From Trichoplax adhaerens (taxonomy: Eukaryota; Animalia; Placozoa): a stretch of DNA of 64,000 bases. The notes under the pieces were generated by a model. It saw only the letters and a list, made by a program, of their open reading frames with translations. It was not told where the DNA came from and ran no database searches. Each line of letters opens with the position of its first letter. The first letter of the stretch is position 1. The stretch covers positions 248,001-312,000 of the forward strand of contig NW_002060973.1 of assembly GCF_000150275.1 (NCBI RefSeq), in the 5' to 3' direction. The position numbers and the translations under genes were made by a program. This document shows, piece after piece, positions 40,773-52,523 of the stretch.

Positions 40773-41519
40773 GCTAATGCTAGGACAGTGAAATTAATGA
40801 ATAACTTTATTAACCTCAAAGTTATGGGAGTGGTATGAATGAGCAGCACTATAATTTTATGCTAACTTTATGACTCGAGGATTTTGCCATCATTTCGATG
40901 AATAAATCCCCGTGATCATCAAGTCTTGATCATTTCTCATTTTGTTGATACTATTGCTACGAAATATGGATCTCAAATGGAGCATTATTAACAGCACTCA
41001 TCTTAAATATGATATTGATGCCTGTTACAGGATAATTCGGAAGTGCATTTCAAAATTAAAATTACCACACAACTCAAACGGCTCAAACAAGCGTATGCCG
41101 ATCGCATGGTAAATTTATTCCCGTTCTAATGATATAGCATTACATGTTGATCATTATTTCCATTACTACTATCATTATTGCTATAATAATAATTACTGTA
41201 TTGATTCATTTTATGGTACATTAACGATTTTACTTCCTTTCCTCAACTGTGAAGGGCGTCTCCATTCATTCTTTACGATTTTTGTTCAACGGCCAGCGCA
41301 TTCTAGATACCACGACTCCCAAGAAGGTACAGCATACTTTACTGTCTAGTCCATGATCTGGTAGATTCGATTTGGTATGGTTTAACTTGGTTTTTTATTT
41401 TGCCTTTTTTTCTTTCGGCCATGTGGTCTTGCTGATTCTTCTTGGTTGAATGGATGGCTTAGTTGGGAATGGAAGATGATGATGTCATCGAAGTTTATCA
41501 AAATCAGATTCCTGGATGA
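40773..41519 (+). CDS. SUMO: SUMO1-like ubiquitin-like protein with atypical C-terminus (QNQIPG*)
   Basis: Phase-0 exons 40773-40832 ([20 protein letters not shown]), 41031-41108 ([26 protein letters not shown]), 41255-41326 ([24 protein letters not shown]) and 41463-41519 ([18 protein letters not shown]), all GT-AG. The start is uncertain: ATG 40797, or ATG 40678 spliced to an alternative acceptor at 40784. Confidence 0.9.
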
Positions 41520-41944
41520 TTTCAATCCACGGCTATATCGTAATGTAGTACACTGATAGCTATCGTTCATATCGTTGTCACTGTCAAGAGTGGATAGTGA
41601 TCATTTATAGTACCTAATGGAATCTCCGATTACGATACTTTGCGTTGATGTAATTGTACTTTTTACTGTCCTTGTTATTGTGTTGTTAATAGATGATCGA
41701 TTTTCCCTGTGGCATTCATTTTGATTCTCCACGTCTATAGCAAGTAACGGACAATCCACTTTATAATGTCATGTATGTTAATATACTTTCTTTTATGGCC
41801 AGAGTTGTGTTAGGTTCAAACAATACTGAATAAATATGGAAGCAATTATTAGGTTTACAAGAGCAAGATCGAAATGGTTGTTATATATGTTAAATATTAT
41901 AACTATACTTAGTGAAATAGTCCTAGTGGCAGTCACAATATCCA

Positions 41945-42545
41945 TCAAAATGGCGCACAACGCGGAGGTATTTTCTTCTATCTCTATGGTTGGGTGACCG
42001 CAGATGCAGCTCTAGATCTTCTTCAAAATAGCACCTTCTACAGTACTCTAGATCAGAGACCTTTTCTTGTATCTCTATGGTTACATGACCGCGAATGCAA
42101 CTCTAATTAGACCTTCTTAAAACTAGCACTTATACTGTAGGTCAGAGACCTATCAAAATAGGTGATCGCAGATGCAGCTCTAGATCTTCTTCAAAATAGC
42201 ACTTCTACAGTACTCTAGATCAGAGACCTGTCAAAATGCTGCACAACACGGAGATATTTTCTTGTATTTCTAAGGTTACGTGACCGCACATGCAGCTCTA
42301 ATTAAACCTTCTTAAAACTAGCACTTTTACTGTGGGTCACAGACCTACCAAAATATTGCATAACATAGAGATATTTTCTGATTTCCGTATGATGGCGGCT
42401 GTAGAAGCTACTCTGTAAGACTTGCTGTAACAATGCTGCACAATATGGAGCTATTTTCTAGTATCTCTTTGGTTGTGCGGCCGTGGAAGCCATTCTACTA
42501 TTAGCCTTTAGACCTAACATGGACTGCTAGCTAGATCTAGTCGTC
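41945..42545. repeat. Degenerate tandem repeat (gtgaccgcagatgcagctcta...aaaatagcac units)
   Basis: Unit core at about 41994, 42086, 42162 and 42280, with fading copies to about 42540. Confidence 0.85.
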
Positions 42546-42679
42546 TATGGATCTATTTCTGAGCACACTATAATAGCTATTGGCTACAGCTAGAGACAGT
42601 ACTTTAGGCAACTGCAAATTTGCAAAAATCCTATCTGAATAGACTACAACAAGCTCACACACTCTATAGACTTGCCATT

Positions 42680-43990
42680 CGAACTACTATTTATATACAA
42701 TACACAGTTTTTCTTATGACTAGAATTATACTATATGGAATGAATTATAACCACTATAAGGAGGTATTTACCGGCAGGCAGATATGTCTCCTGAACAAGT
42801 CCTTACTCAAATTTTTTTTTGAATACCCAAACCTTATTTGCTAAAAATTTAAGCATATAATATAAGACCTACTTGTATGGATTTTTTTGGTTCAGTTACC
42901 TCATTAAAATGAGATGATGTTCAACGTATTTATTTTTAAAATTTAAAGCGCCATTAGTTTTTAAAATTGCCTTAGTCTACTGCAGCAAACTCTGGTGAAA
43001 GGGGTATTATAGCGAGTTGCTAGTCGAGCTACTGTTTATACTACTTACTTAGAATTGTGTCATGGATGAATTATAACTACTATAAGGAGACATTTACCGG
43101 CAGACCTATCTTCTAAATAAATCGCTATTGTAATGCCACTCAATTATTTATTTTATTCTTGAATATTCAAATCGTACTTACTAAAAATTCAAACATTTAA
43201 TATTATACCTACTTGTATGGATTTTATTTCAAGTTATCAAATTAAAATTAGACGATATTGAACTTATTTATTTATTTTAAGGATTGAAAGCGTCATCCGT
43301 TCTAAAATTACCGCCGTTTACTGTAGCAGACTCTCGTGATAGGGGTATTATAACGAGTTGCCATTCGAGCTACTATTTATATATACAATATACAGTTTTT
43401 CTTGTAGTAGAAGACTGGAATTGTATCTTGAATAAACTATGACTACTATTCGAAGATATTTTACAGGCCGGCAGACCTATCTTCTGAATAAGTCCTTATA
43501 GTAATGCCACTCAATTTTTTATTTTTATTCTTGAATATTTGAAGCGTTTGTAGCGTTTGTACTCAAAATTCAAACATATAGTATTACACTTACTTGTATG
43601 GATTTTATTTCAAGTTATCAAATTAAAATTAGACGATATTTAACCTATTTATTTTTAAAGATTGAAAGCGTCATCCGTTATGAAATAGTCGTAGTCTACT
43701 GTAGCAAACTCTTATTACGGAGTTAGTATAACGTTTCAATCAGCTGATAGTGTCGCGATTATACCTTTTGTTTGTTATCAATGAGAAACGACACTCGGTA
43801 TCGACTGAAGTGCGTATACCCACAAGATGACGCAGGAAAGCGTTCAAAAATGGTCTCTGCTCTCATGACATTTCTTGCCAAAAGGGTATGATATCGCGTG
43901 GTGGCATTGCAGCTACTATTGATGCACATTATACAGTTATTCTTGTAGTAGAAGACTAGAATTGTATCATTTATAAATGATCATTATGAG
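42680..43990. repeat. About 350 bp tandem repeat x3 plus a partial copy
   Basis: tacttgtatggattt at about 42870, 43210 and 43591; tactg(c/t)agca at about 42978, 43319 and 43697; tacagtt.ttcttgtagtagaagact at 43391 and 43932. Confidence 0.88.
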
Positions 43991-44392
43991 TGTAGAAGAC
44001 GATCAAAAATTGGATCCTTCTTGGTTGGGCTGCCTCGAGTTATTGAGTAGTTGGTTACTCCACCGTCCATTGCCGCTGTCGGAACAACGCTATAGAAATC
44101 ACTGTCTACTAGCGACCACGAGAGACAGTACCCTGTAGTCTGACCGTAAATGATCTACCATTGCGTAGTGGAGTCTTGAGCTCATTCTGGTTGCAATGAG
44201 GTCATCAGCGATCGCAGCCCACTGTTCCGTGCTGTACTGGAGAAGCAATAGAAAAGACTAGCGAGCAATCGATCAACTCATCAACGTGGGTTGCAGCCAT
44301 CTTGGCTTTGCTGTAGCTCATTAGTATTCTAATTCATGGAAAATGATCATTTCCATCGACTATCCTGTCATTCCTAACCATAGCTGTTGATC

Positions 44393-45644
44393 ATGATAGC
44401 TATGCGATTGAAATCGGTGGATATTATTTTAAAATTAGATCGCTATCATTATCATTATTGGCATACACTTATGGCTAAGAATGATTCTTATTATCAAGAG
44501 ATTTGTATTTGGAGTTTAAATGAGTGGATGGATCGAATGATGCAATGGCGATGTTGTGATTGTACTCAATTATTCGTCCATCAAATGATTGCACAGTATC
44601 CAGACGATCATCAAGATAGACGTGGCAAGAATAGCAACGATCATTTTCAAGAATTATTGGATTACTTAAGGCAAGATCAACATTGTAAAATCAAGATGAA
44701 TTTAATCGATCAGTTGATCGATTGCCCATGGCTTTTAATCCAATGGAGTAAACGTTTATTACCTCATTTGAATACGACTGAACGATTAAATGATGCTATG
44801 GCTATCTTATCCACATTAGGTGGTGCTTATTCGGCTTTAGGAGATCAATTAGATCATTTCGTAAGTAAAGATAGATTGGCTAATCCTTTTGATCGCTTGA
44901 CTCTCCTAGGGCGCTTCTTGATACTGTTAGTCGACAATCATTCATTCTACTGGTAGCGATAGAATACTTGCTAGTTTTTAGACACACTCTTTCCGTCCAC
45001 TTTACAAGATATTGAAGTATATTGACAGTCAAGACGACAGTATCTCCTCTGTCCTGTGCAATCCATCTTGTATCAACTTATACTTGGTGATTTTCATCCA
45101 TGTGTGTAGTCTACTGTCGACATCAATAACAGTACAGATTAGCTCAATGAAGACAAGTAGCTTTTGATGTATGTACAGTAGTAGCAGTACAGACGGGCAA
45201 GATTAAAATCACGACCGTAGTGATATAATTAATCGACTGGACAACACTACTTGTACGATTGAATATCATATCGACATTACTATACTCTCCATTTGCTGAC
45301 GCTAATGATTCTTTTTATCCTTTTCTCATCCCTAATAGAGCCTTAAAGCTCAAAGAATTAGCTTAAGACAGCTGTATGTTGCAAAAGCACTTGGTGATCC
45401 TACTTTAATAAGCAAGAGTAAGTTGTATCTAGCCTTGAGTTTAATGCAACAACGTCGTTTCACTCGAGCTGAACGCATCATACGTCAGCAATATCGGTTT
45501 GCTACTTCTAACCCTCTTTGTAGTGACTACAAACTAATCGATATTTGTCGAGCTTGTTGGTCTAAATTGCTTTATTGTAAAGGTATTGCAACACATAGGG
45601 ATAGTCAATCTAATTTGGATGACATGGACACTTGTAGCAGTTGA
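44393..45644 (+). CDS. DUF4807-family protein
   Basis: Exons 44393-44860 and 45339-45644 (GT-AG, phase 0). Motif AMAILSTLGGAYSALGD...KAQRISLRQLYVAKALGDPTLISKSKLYLALSLMQQ matches my recollection of the DUF4807 family. Confidence 0.75.
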
Positions 45645-46022
45645 TATCAAGGTCTACAATATCGATCAAATCGCTACGACAATCGACGAAATATTGTTGA
45701 ATAATGTAGTCCGTTGACTTGCTAACTAGTCTTTATTTTCGAATTTTATAACATGTCTACAACGTTAGACATAGCCAACATTATTACTGTATACAAGAGG
45801 GAGAAATAAGAAAGATAGTTAAACAACAAAGTATTGCATACAACCTATACAGTTATCGTATAGGAATACCATTTGTGATGATCATAAAATCCGTACAACG
45901 TTATTCAACGATAGCATATGACAGTGATATGATAAACTTGTCAATATCAAATAATATCGTCTATGGATGGATATATCAAAAGTCGAAATAGTGTGGAAAT
46001 TTGTATAATAGCAGCTTTTCAA

Positions 46023-49000
46023 CTAAATTAATAATCTTTCGATTTCTTGTTGTATCGACAAGATTTGAGGCTTTAATTGCGATCCTTCATTGGCCGTTAC
46101 TGCACAAGCAATTACCGGACGAGTAACGTTGCACGCTCTACCTAAAGCTATAGAATGAAAGAAAATACTTAAATAACAATAACCAAAAATTGAATTATGG
46201 ACATTAGTTTCAGATCATGATCTATGTTGGCACTGATTCTATCATAAGTACACAATTGTAACATGATTTGAAATATCCAAGAAATGATGTAATAAGAAAT
46301 TGCATAATCTTAATAGATCAACAAGGTGATTCTTGTACTGTATTAAAAAGACTGTAAAGGCTATTCATTTGCTATCCAATAAATTATTAAATATACCAAA
46401 TACAGCAACCGAAATCGTTTATTGTAAAAAAATGGGCATCTTGCCAGCCTATTTTTTAATTTATATCAATGGCAAGATGAAATGATAATCTCTGCATTGA
46501 TTTTCAGAATTGGATGACAATGATCAATAAATTTGAACATCTATAGTGGTGTAATTACTTAATTATTAATACAGATATAATGTTGCTGTAAGACATTCCA
46601 TGATAGATCAGCCTCTAAAGTATCTTAGCATTGAAACACAAACAAATAACAAAGTTTTTTTAATATCTATAAATAGTAGAAACGTTGAATAACTTGCAGC
46701 CCCATCATGCAATCAAGTAATACTGTACATAACTCTTATAACCTGAGCTCAAAACTGTATGACCTACAGCTTTTAAAATAAATATTTCATGTTGAATCGG
46801 ATTAGATCTGGTTAAGGAAAGCACTCGCACAATCCATTCATTTTCATAACTCATAGTTGTTGAATACAACTGCTAATCACTATGACCTATCATTGTAGTA
46901 TAGCTATATTGCACTAGTGCTCTATTTCAACATCGTTTACAGTAGCTAAAGAGCACTAGCAAAATACTGCCAATGACGATTACAAGAGATCACCTACATT
47001 TTTAAAACTAGAATACAACTACTGCATAATTAACTGGTTATTTTCTATGTTTAGATTCTAATCAAAATGGCTATAATGATAAAGATTAATGGTAATGCAT
47101 GATTATAAAGGTACAACAACTGCTTCAACAACGATAGAGTATTTAAAGACATTCTTTTATGGCCTATTTCTGGTCAATATACAAAATGGAAGAATTTATC
47201 CACATCTTGTTGAATACAATAATATCTACATTAGGTATTGGTGTTGCATGCTAGAAAGGTTAGCTATAAAGTGACTATATTAAAATTACATCATTATAGC
47301 TTCAAGTTATAAAAATTAAATCGAGAATGTAACCATTTCGCACAAGTCTGTATTTATACAGGTAAAAGAAATATAAGTAACTCCAATTCGAGCTGGTCAA
47401 TAATAACACTATCAATCTAATTCAAGATTGCATTGTCGATAGCCAATCTAAATGTGTTTGCAGTACACGTAGTAGGGTTTCTAATGTACATAAACATTAA
47501 TGTAGCGCCTTCCCAATTGCCATGCAGAGTACTTGTCAGAGATAAATTGACTACTTTATATTTCGATACTTTACTTACTTATTACAAAATAGAACAGTGT
47601 TAAGAATGTCAACAAGAACTTGATGTTTGTATTGATGATGAATAGCTTAAGTTCTAAATAATCACTTACCATGTTTGGATTTAACAAATACGTAGGGCAC
47701 ATTCTAAAGGCAAAATGAAAGATATGATTTATTGAAGAAACTTGCAATAATCAAATAATTTACATTGTAGGATACTTTCGACCTCCTAAAGTTTAATATC
47801 TTTTCCGTTTTTTTTAAAATTTGGTTCGCATAGCTTAGGTTTAACTACGTTTAGATATTTCCTTTTATGATTATATTGTCTACCGAACCAACCTTATCTT
47901 CACATAGCAAGGGTAGATGTAATAAAATCTCCAGTGGCTCTGTATCGGCAGCCATAACGATAAATTCCGAGATACCACGATTTAAGGCTTTGGTTGCTAG
48001 TATAGAAAGATAAATTATAATCTACCGTTAACAAGGACACCAGTGCATTATGAAATGTAAAATTAATCATTTTTAATCTTAAATCTGTACCAGATACTAA
48101 GCCGTCATGATGCTATAGTAATGTATCTATTAGCCTGCACTAGTAAATAGATTCGATCGATACTACTAGAGGTAATTTTCTTCCCATAGCAAGCTTAAGT
48201 TTCTCTTTTAGTCGTAATCGAATAATGCTCTAGATAATATTGAATCTCCTGACTTTGCCTAACCATATACGAGTAAATTGAATGCGACGCCCACTGTCGA
48301 TGGTGTTTTGTCCCTAGTGAAGCAATTTTATATCCTTGATTCTATCTAAAATCAATTACAAGCAATTTCTCCTATTCTATATAGTCCATCAACTTGATAT
48401 CACTAAAGCCAGACATGCAAGTCGTGATTAATTCATTTACGATAGCAACTATCAGTACTGATTTCTTTCAATAGAAAACAAGTAGCTGATACCTTGTTAA
48501 ACTTGCTCGAGCTATTTAGACTGCGTACAGTCCCCTACTTGCACTTACTACCATGACTACATTTATGCATCTGTACATACTGTAGTAGTCCATTAAATGC
48601 GATGGCAAATGTCGTCAGCGTGGATTTCTCCTAAGTGAACCAAATTTCTCGTGCTTTCTTATATTCAAAATCCACTACTAGCAATTTATCCGATTATACA
48701 GTCTATCAACTTGATCTTTCTAAAATGATGCATACTTAAAGTAGTAAATTGATCGGGATGGAAAACGCAAACGATAATCTCTCATCACTCGCTAGGACTA
48801 TTGGGATTATGCAACGTTCACTACTTGATGTTACAACAGTATTGTCGTACAATAGTAAATTGAATGCGATGATGAGAAAGTCATTTCTCACACTCAATGA
48901 GATCTAAAATTGATTTCTTGCAATGTCTTTTCCTAGTATACTAACTGAGGGATTGATCCATGATACATTGAGTCTCTGCGCTTTCTACACCAATCGAGAT

Positions 49001-49719
49001 ATCTGTAATCCATGATTTTAACATGATCCTACTTACTATAGTCATGATGCATCTATCAATAAACGGAGTGTGATCATTCATCTATGAAACAGCAAGTATC
49101 TCTACTTCTATACCAATCTACTAATCCGTAATCGATTACTTTGACATGATCCTATTGACTACAATCATGCATGCATTAATAGATTCATGGAAGGTGGAAA
49201 TTTATCAGTGAAACAACCAGTTTCAACGCTTCTACACTAATCTGCTAATCAGTCATGCAAGCATCTATTTGTACGTCTTTGCTGTTCTACTCCATCTACA
49301 ATCGATCATATTGATTTTATTGAATATATTGACTACATTCTCTTGACGGGACTACAGGTATAGGCACCTAGAAATACATGATGGCAACAGTCGCAGTTGA
49401 TTTCCTGCATGAAATCATATCGCCGTGTCTGTTGACTATCAAGCATTTTTACCTTCATTGGCTCCTTTTTTCAGTTGCTTGTAATTGACAGCTTGTTGTA
49501 CAAGATCTAAAATCTTGATGGTCAATTGCTGATCCGCTAAAGGATAAGCTTTAGGATTAACTTTATCATCCGCCTATGGACCATGATGAAAAAATGACAA
49601 ACACCATGCAAAGAAGATTAAAATCAAACAGGCAAGCTGTCATGCTACAACAACAGCCTAAAACCGAGCATTACATCATGCTAAACACAATCTAATCAAC
49701 TCTATCCATGACTCACCAT
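46023..49719 (-). CDS. SNU13: SNU13/NHP2L1 (15.5K kink-turn-binding protein), 128 aa
   Basis: Exons 49719-49717 (ATG only), 49573-49453, 47996-47893, 47703-47670, 46147-46023 give [19 protein letters not shown]...[47 protein letters not shown]...QEIERLLI*. Confidence 0.97.
48180..49260. repeat. Degenerate repeats in SNU13 intron 2
   Basis: Recurring agtaaattgaatgcga (48272, 48854), agt(c/t)atcaacttgat (48383, 48700) and acatgatcct (49021, 49144). Confidence 0.6.
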
Positions 49720-49749
49720 GATCAAATTTCCTTGTATCGATTTTAAAGC

Positions 49750-50092
49750 TAATGTTAACCAAATGAGAAGTCTGATGGAGTGGAAAATTGCAATGCAATG
49801 GCAAAAATCAACGCTGTCAATGGGCTAATTTGCCTTCTTCCAACTGAGCTCCAGTATAGATTTGGCAGGACGCGCGGTGGATGCCAGCAGCAAATCCACG
49901 CTGCCTGCTGCAAGGTGGAGGATTGCAGGACGCATGCGTTTAGGAGGGCCAGAGCCCAGGAACCGGAGGCGATAACAGACAGACAGATAGAGACCTTTAC
50001 GCTCTCTCCGTCGATTTCGTTGTGCAAAATAGGTGTCATCCAACAGCTGCATCATCGAGCTAGAGATGGGTCAAAACGAGGGTTAGGATAGG
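49750..50092 (-). ncRNA. Candidate structured ncRNA (telomerase-RNA-like, or RNase P/MRP-like) directly upstream of SNU13
   Basis: Template-like CCTAACCCT at 50087-50079. Stem CTGGGCTCTGG/CTGGAGCTCAG (49959-49949 with 49854-49844) uses G-U pairs that favour the minus strand. ANANNA (AAATTA, 49831-49826) follows this hairpin; ACA lies at 49755-49753. Confidence 0.3.
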
Positions 50093-51405
50093 CCATTTAC
50101 ACACCAGGATGCCTTTTATTCTGTGGGAGCTATGTGCAAAATGAGTTGTCATGGCCACAACCCCTTTCCAATATGGCTAATATCATTCGCTTGATGATGG
50201 AGTCCATGACTGTGCTTGCATGCTGGTCCATTTAGGCTTAGCACCCTCTAGTGGAATCTAGTGGAATACACTGAAGGCTTCATGCTCAAATGGTCATCCT
50301 TTTCTTCGAGTACAAAGGAGATCTAATTGAAAGATCGCGCAATATCATTTCGCTTACTATTAATTTAGACACACCTGTGCAGTGTGCACCTCATAATTTA
50401 ATGCAGCCATGACAGAATATTTTATGCATGAATGGCTAAGATGTGTAGCAAAGTCCTAGTAGATCTATTGGAGCAAGATACTGTAAACAGTTATCTAACT
50501 CTCTCGTACTACTCATCATCGATCGATCTAGGCTACACTCTCCTTCTCGTATATACGGTATATACTGTACAGTGCGTAGACAATCTAATAGCGTTCATCC
50601 TCGAACCTTCACCATGACAAGCCATTTTGCACATAGAGGACTAGTATGGATCATAGGTTCGGCTCGTAATTTAGAATAGTTTCACATGCTACTTTATTAG
50701 GGCTACATTGCATCAAGCTGGAAATAGGTCAAAACGAGGGTTAGGATAGGCCATTTACACACCAGGATGCCTTTTATTCTGTGGGAGCTATGTGCAAAAT
50801 GAGTTGTCATGGCCACAACCCCCTATTCAATATGGCTAATATGATTCGCTTAATGATAGAGTCCATGACTGTACTGATCCATTTAGGCTTAGCACCCTCT
50901 AGTGGAATACACTGTAGGCTTTATGCTCAAATGGTCATCCTTTTCTTCGAGTGCAAAGGAGATCTAATTGAAAGATCATGCAATATCATTTCGCTTACTA
51001 TTAATTTAGATGCATCTGAACAGTGTGCACCTCATAATTTAATGCAGCCATGACAGAATATTTATGCATGAATAGCTGAGATGTGTAGCAAAGTCCTAGT
51101 AGATCCATTGGAGCAAGATACTGTAAACAGTTATCTAACTCTCTCGTACTACTCATCATCGATCGATCTAGGCTGCGCAGATCATTTTTCACACTAATTA
51201 CCAGTATATGTTTACTACAAAATAACTGTTGTCCCTACACTCTCTTTCCATATACGGTATACTGTATACGCGGACAGTGTAATAGCGTTCATCCTCTAAC
51301 CTTCACCATGACAAGCCATTTTGCATATAGAGGACTAGTATGGATCATAGGTTCGACTCGTAATTTATAATGGTTTCACATGCTACTTATTAGGGCTACA
51401 TTGCA
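50067..51405. repeat. About 660 bp recent tandem duplication
   Basis: ggtcaaaacgagggttaggataggcc...ttattagggctacattgca at about 50069-50712 and about 50727-51405, highly similar with a few indels. Confidence 0.95.
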
Positions 51406-52523
51406 GCAATGGAAGCTTTCTATAAACTAGAGACTCTACTGTACTCTTGGAGAGGGTCTCTTATGTGCTGTACACAGTGTACAGTACTTGCTTGGCTAAT
51501 CATTTAACAGGCAGTATCCATGGACATGATTAATGCAGGCGAGTCGACTTTGCAAAACTAGACGTTACTCAGTGAGACTACTTTTCAATCACAGCTATTG
51601 CTGACTCGTATAGAAACAAAATCTACTATGCTATAACCTTCAGTTTCTTACTATGCTTGGCATCTGTAGCAGAATGATGCCACCGTCTAAGCCCTGTAGG
51701 CGTAGACCATGATATACAGTTCACAAAAGTAAATTTTACGATAACACCGATTCATCCATGATAAGACTTTGCACCTTACGAAGTAAAAAGGGAAATCCAC
51801 CTTAATCATCCATCCAAAATTGCCAATAAATATAATCGACTAAAAAAATTAAAAATATGTAATATCCAAATAGGACGACGTATAGGTCTGGCGTGTTATT
51901 CAATCAAGATTGATTTTATTAATAGTTCTTTAATTTATTGTTCTTTTGACTTGATTCACATTAGAAATGACAATATATAATTGAAAAGAATCATTTAGTC
52001 AAAAGTGACAAAATAGGACGACCTCCTTAGAAAGGCTTATTACCATAGATTTGAATATTTGCCGAAACAATAACTAGAAATGCATAGTGCATTAATATTG
52101 TGCTAAATAAACAATTAACTTAGTACCAAAAACTATTGAATAGTACCTTGACTACAGTACTAGATAAGTTAGTATAAACTAGTGTACTGTAGTAAAATTA
52201 AAAAGAATATCATTAGAGCAATTCCATGGCGTAATGTGTCCATTTACTGCATAGAGAGAATCATCTCCTTTTGTTTTTCACACCAAAGTAGTAATAGCAA
52301 GTACAGTAGACAAAGCAATTCGTAACAGTAAAAATTTTGATAAGCAATCAAACATTCAAAAAACTATCTATTAACGCAAAGTGTATAAAATATGCATTTA
52401 CTATCACTGAACATTGAACGGCTTTCCTATAATCTTCCTCTGTAAATCATCACTTGTTCTATAATAATATATATTTTCAAAGCAAGATTTAACTGCAAAT
52501 TCCAATTTCTGATTTTTTGGTGT

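Noticed and set aside
46600-46715. Sense-strand ATGATGG...CTGA in SNU13 intron 4
   Set aside because: Imperfect C box, AT-rich interior and no recognisable rRNA guide.
48866-48950. ATGATGA...CTGA resembling a box C/D snoRNA in SNU13 intron 2
   Set aside because: It is antisense to the host gene, has no terminal stem, and is part of a degenerate repeat.
49755-50091. Three overlapping ORFs of 76-103 aa
   Set aside because: Expected in a GC-rich patch; no recognisable domain.
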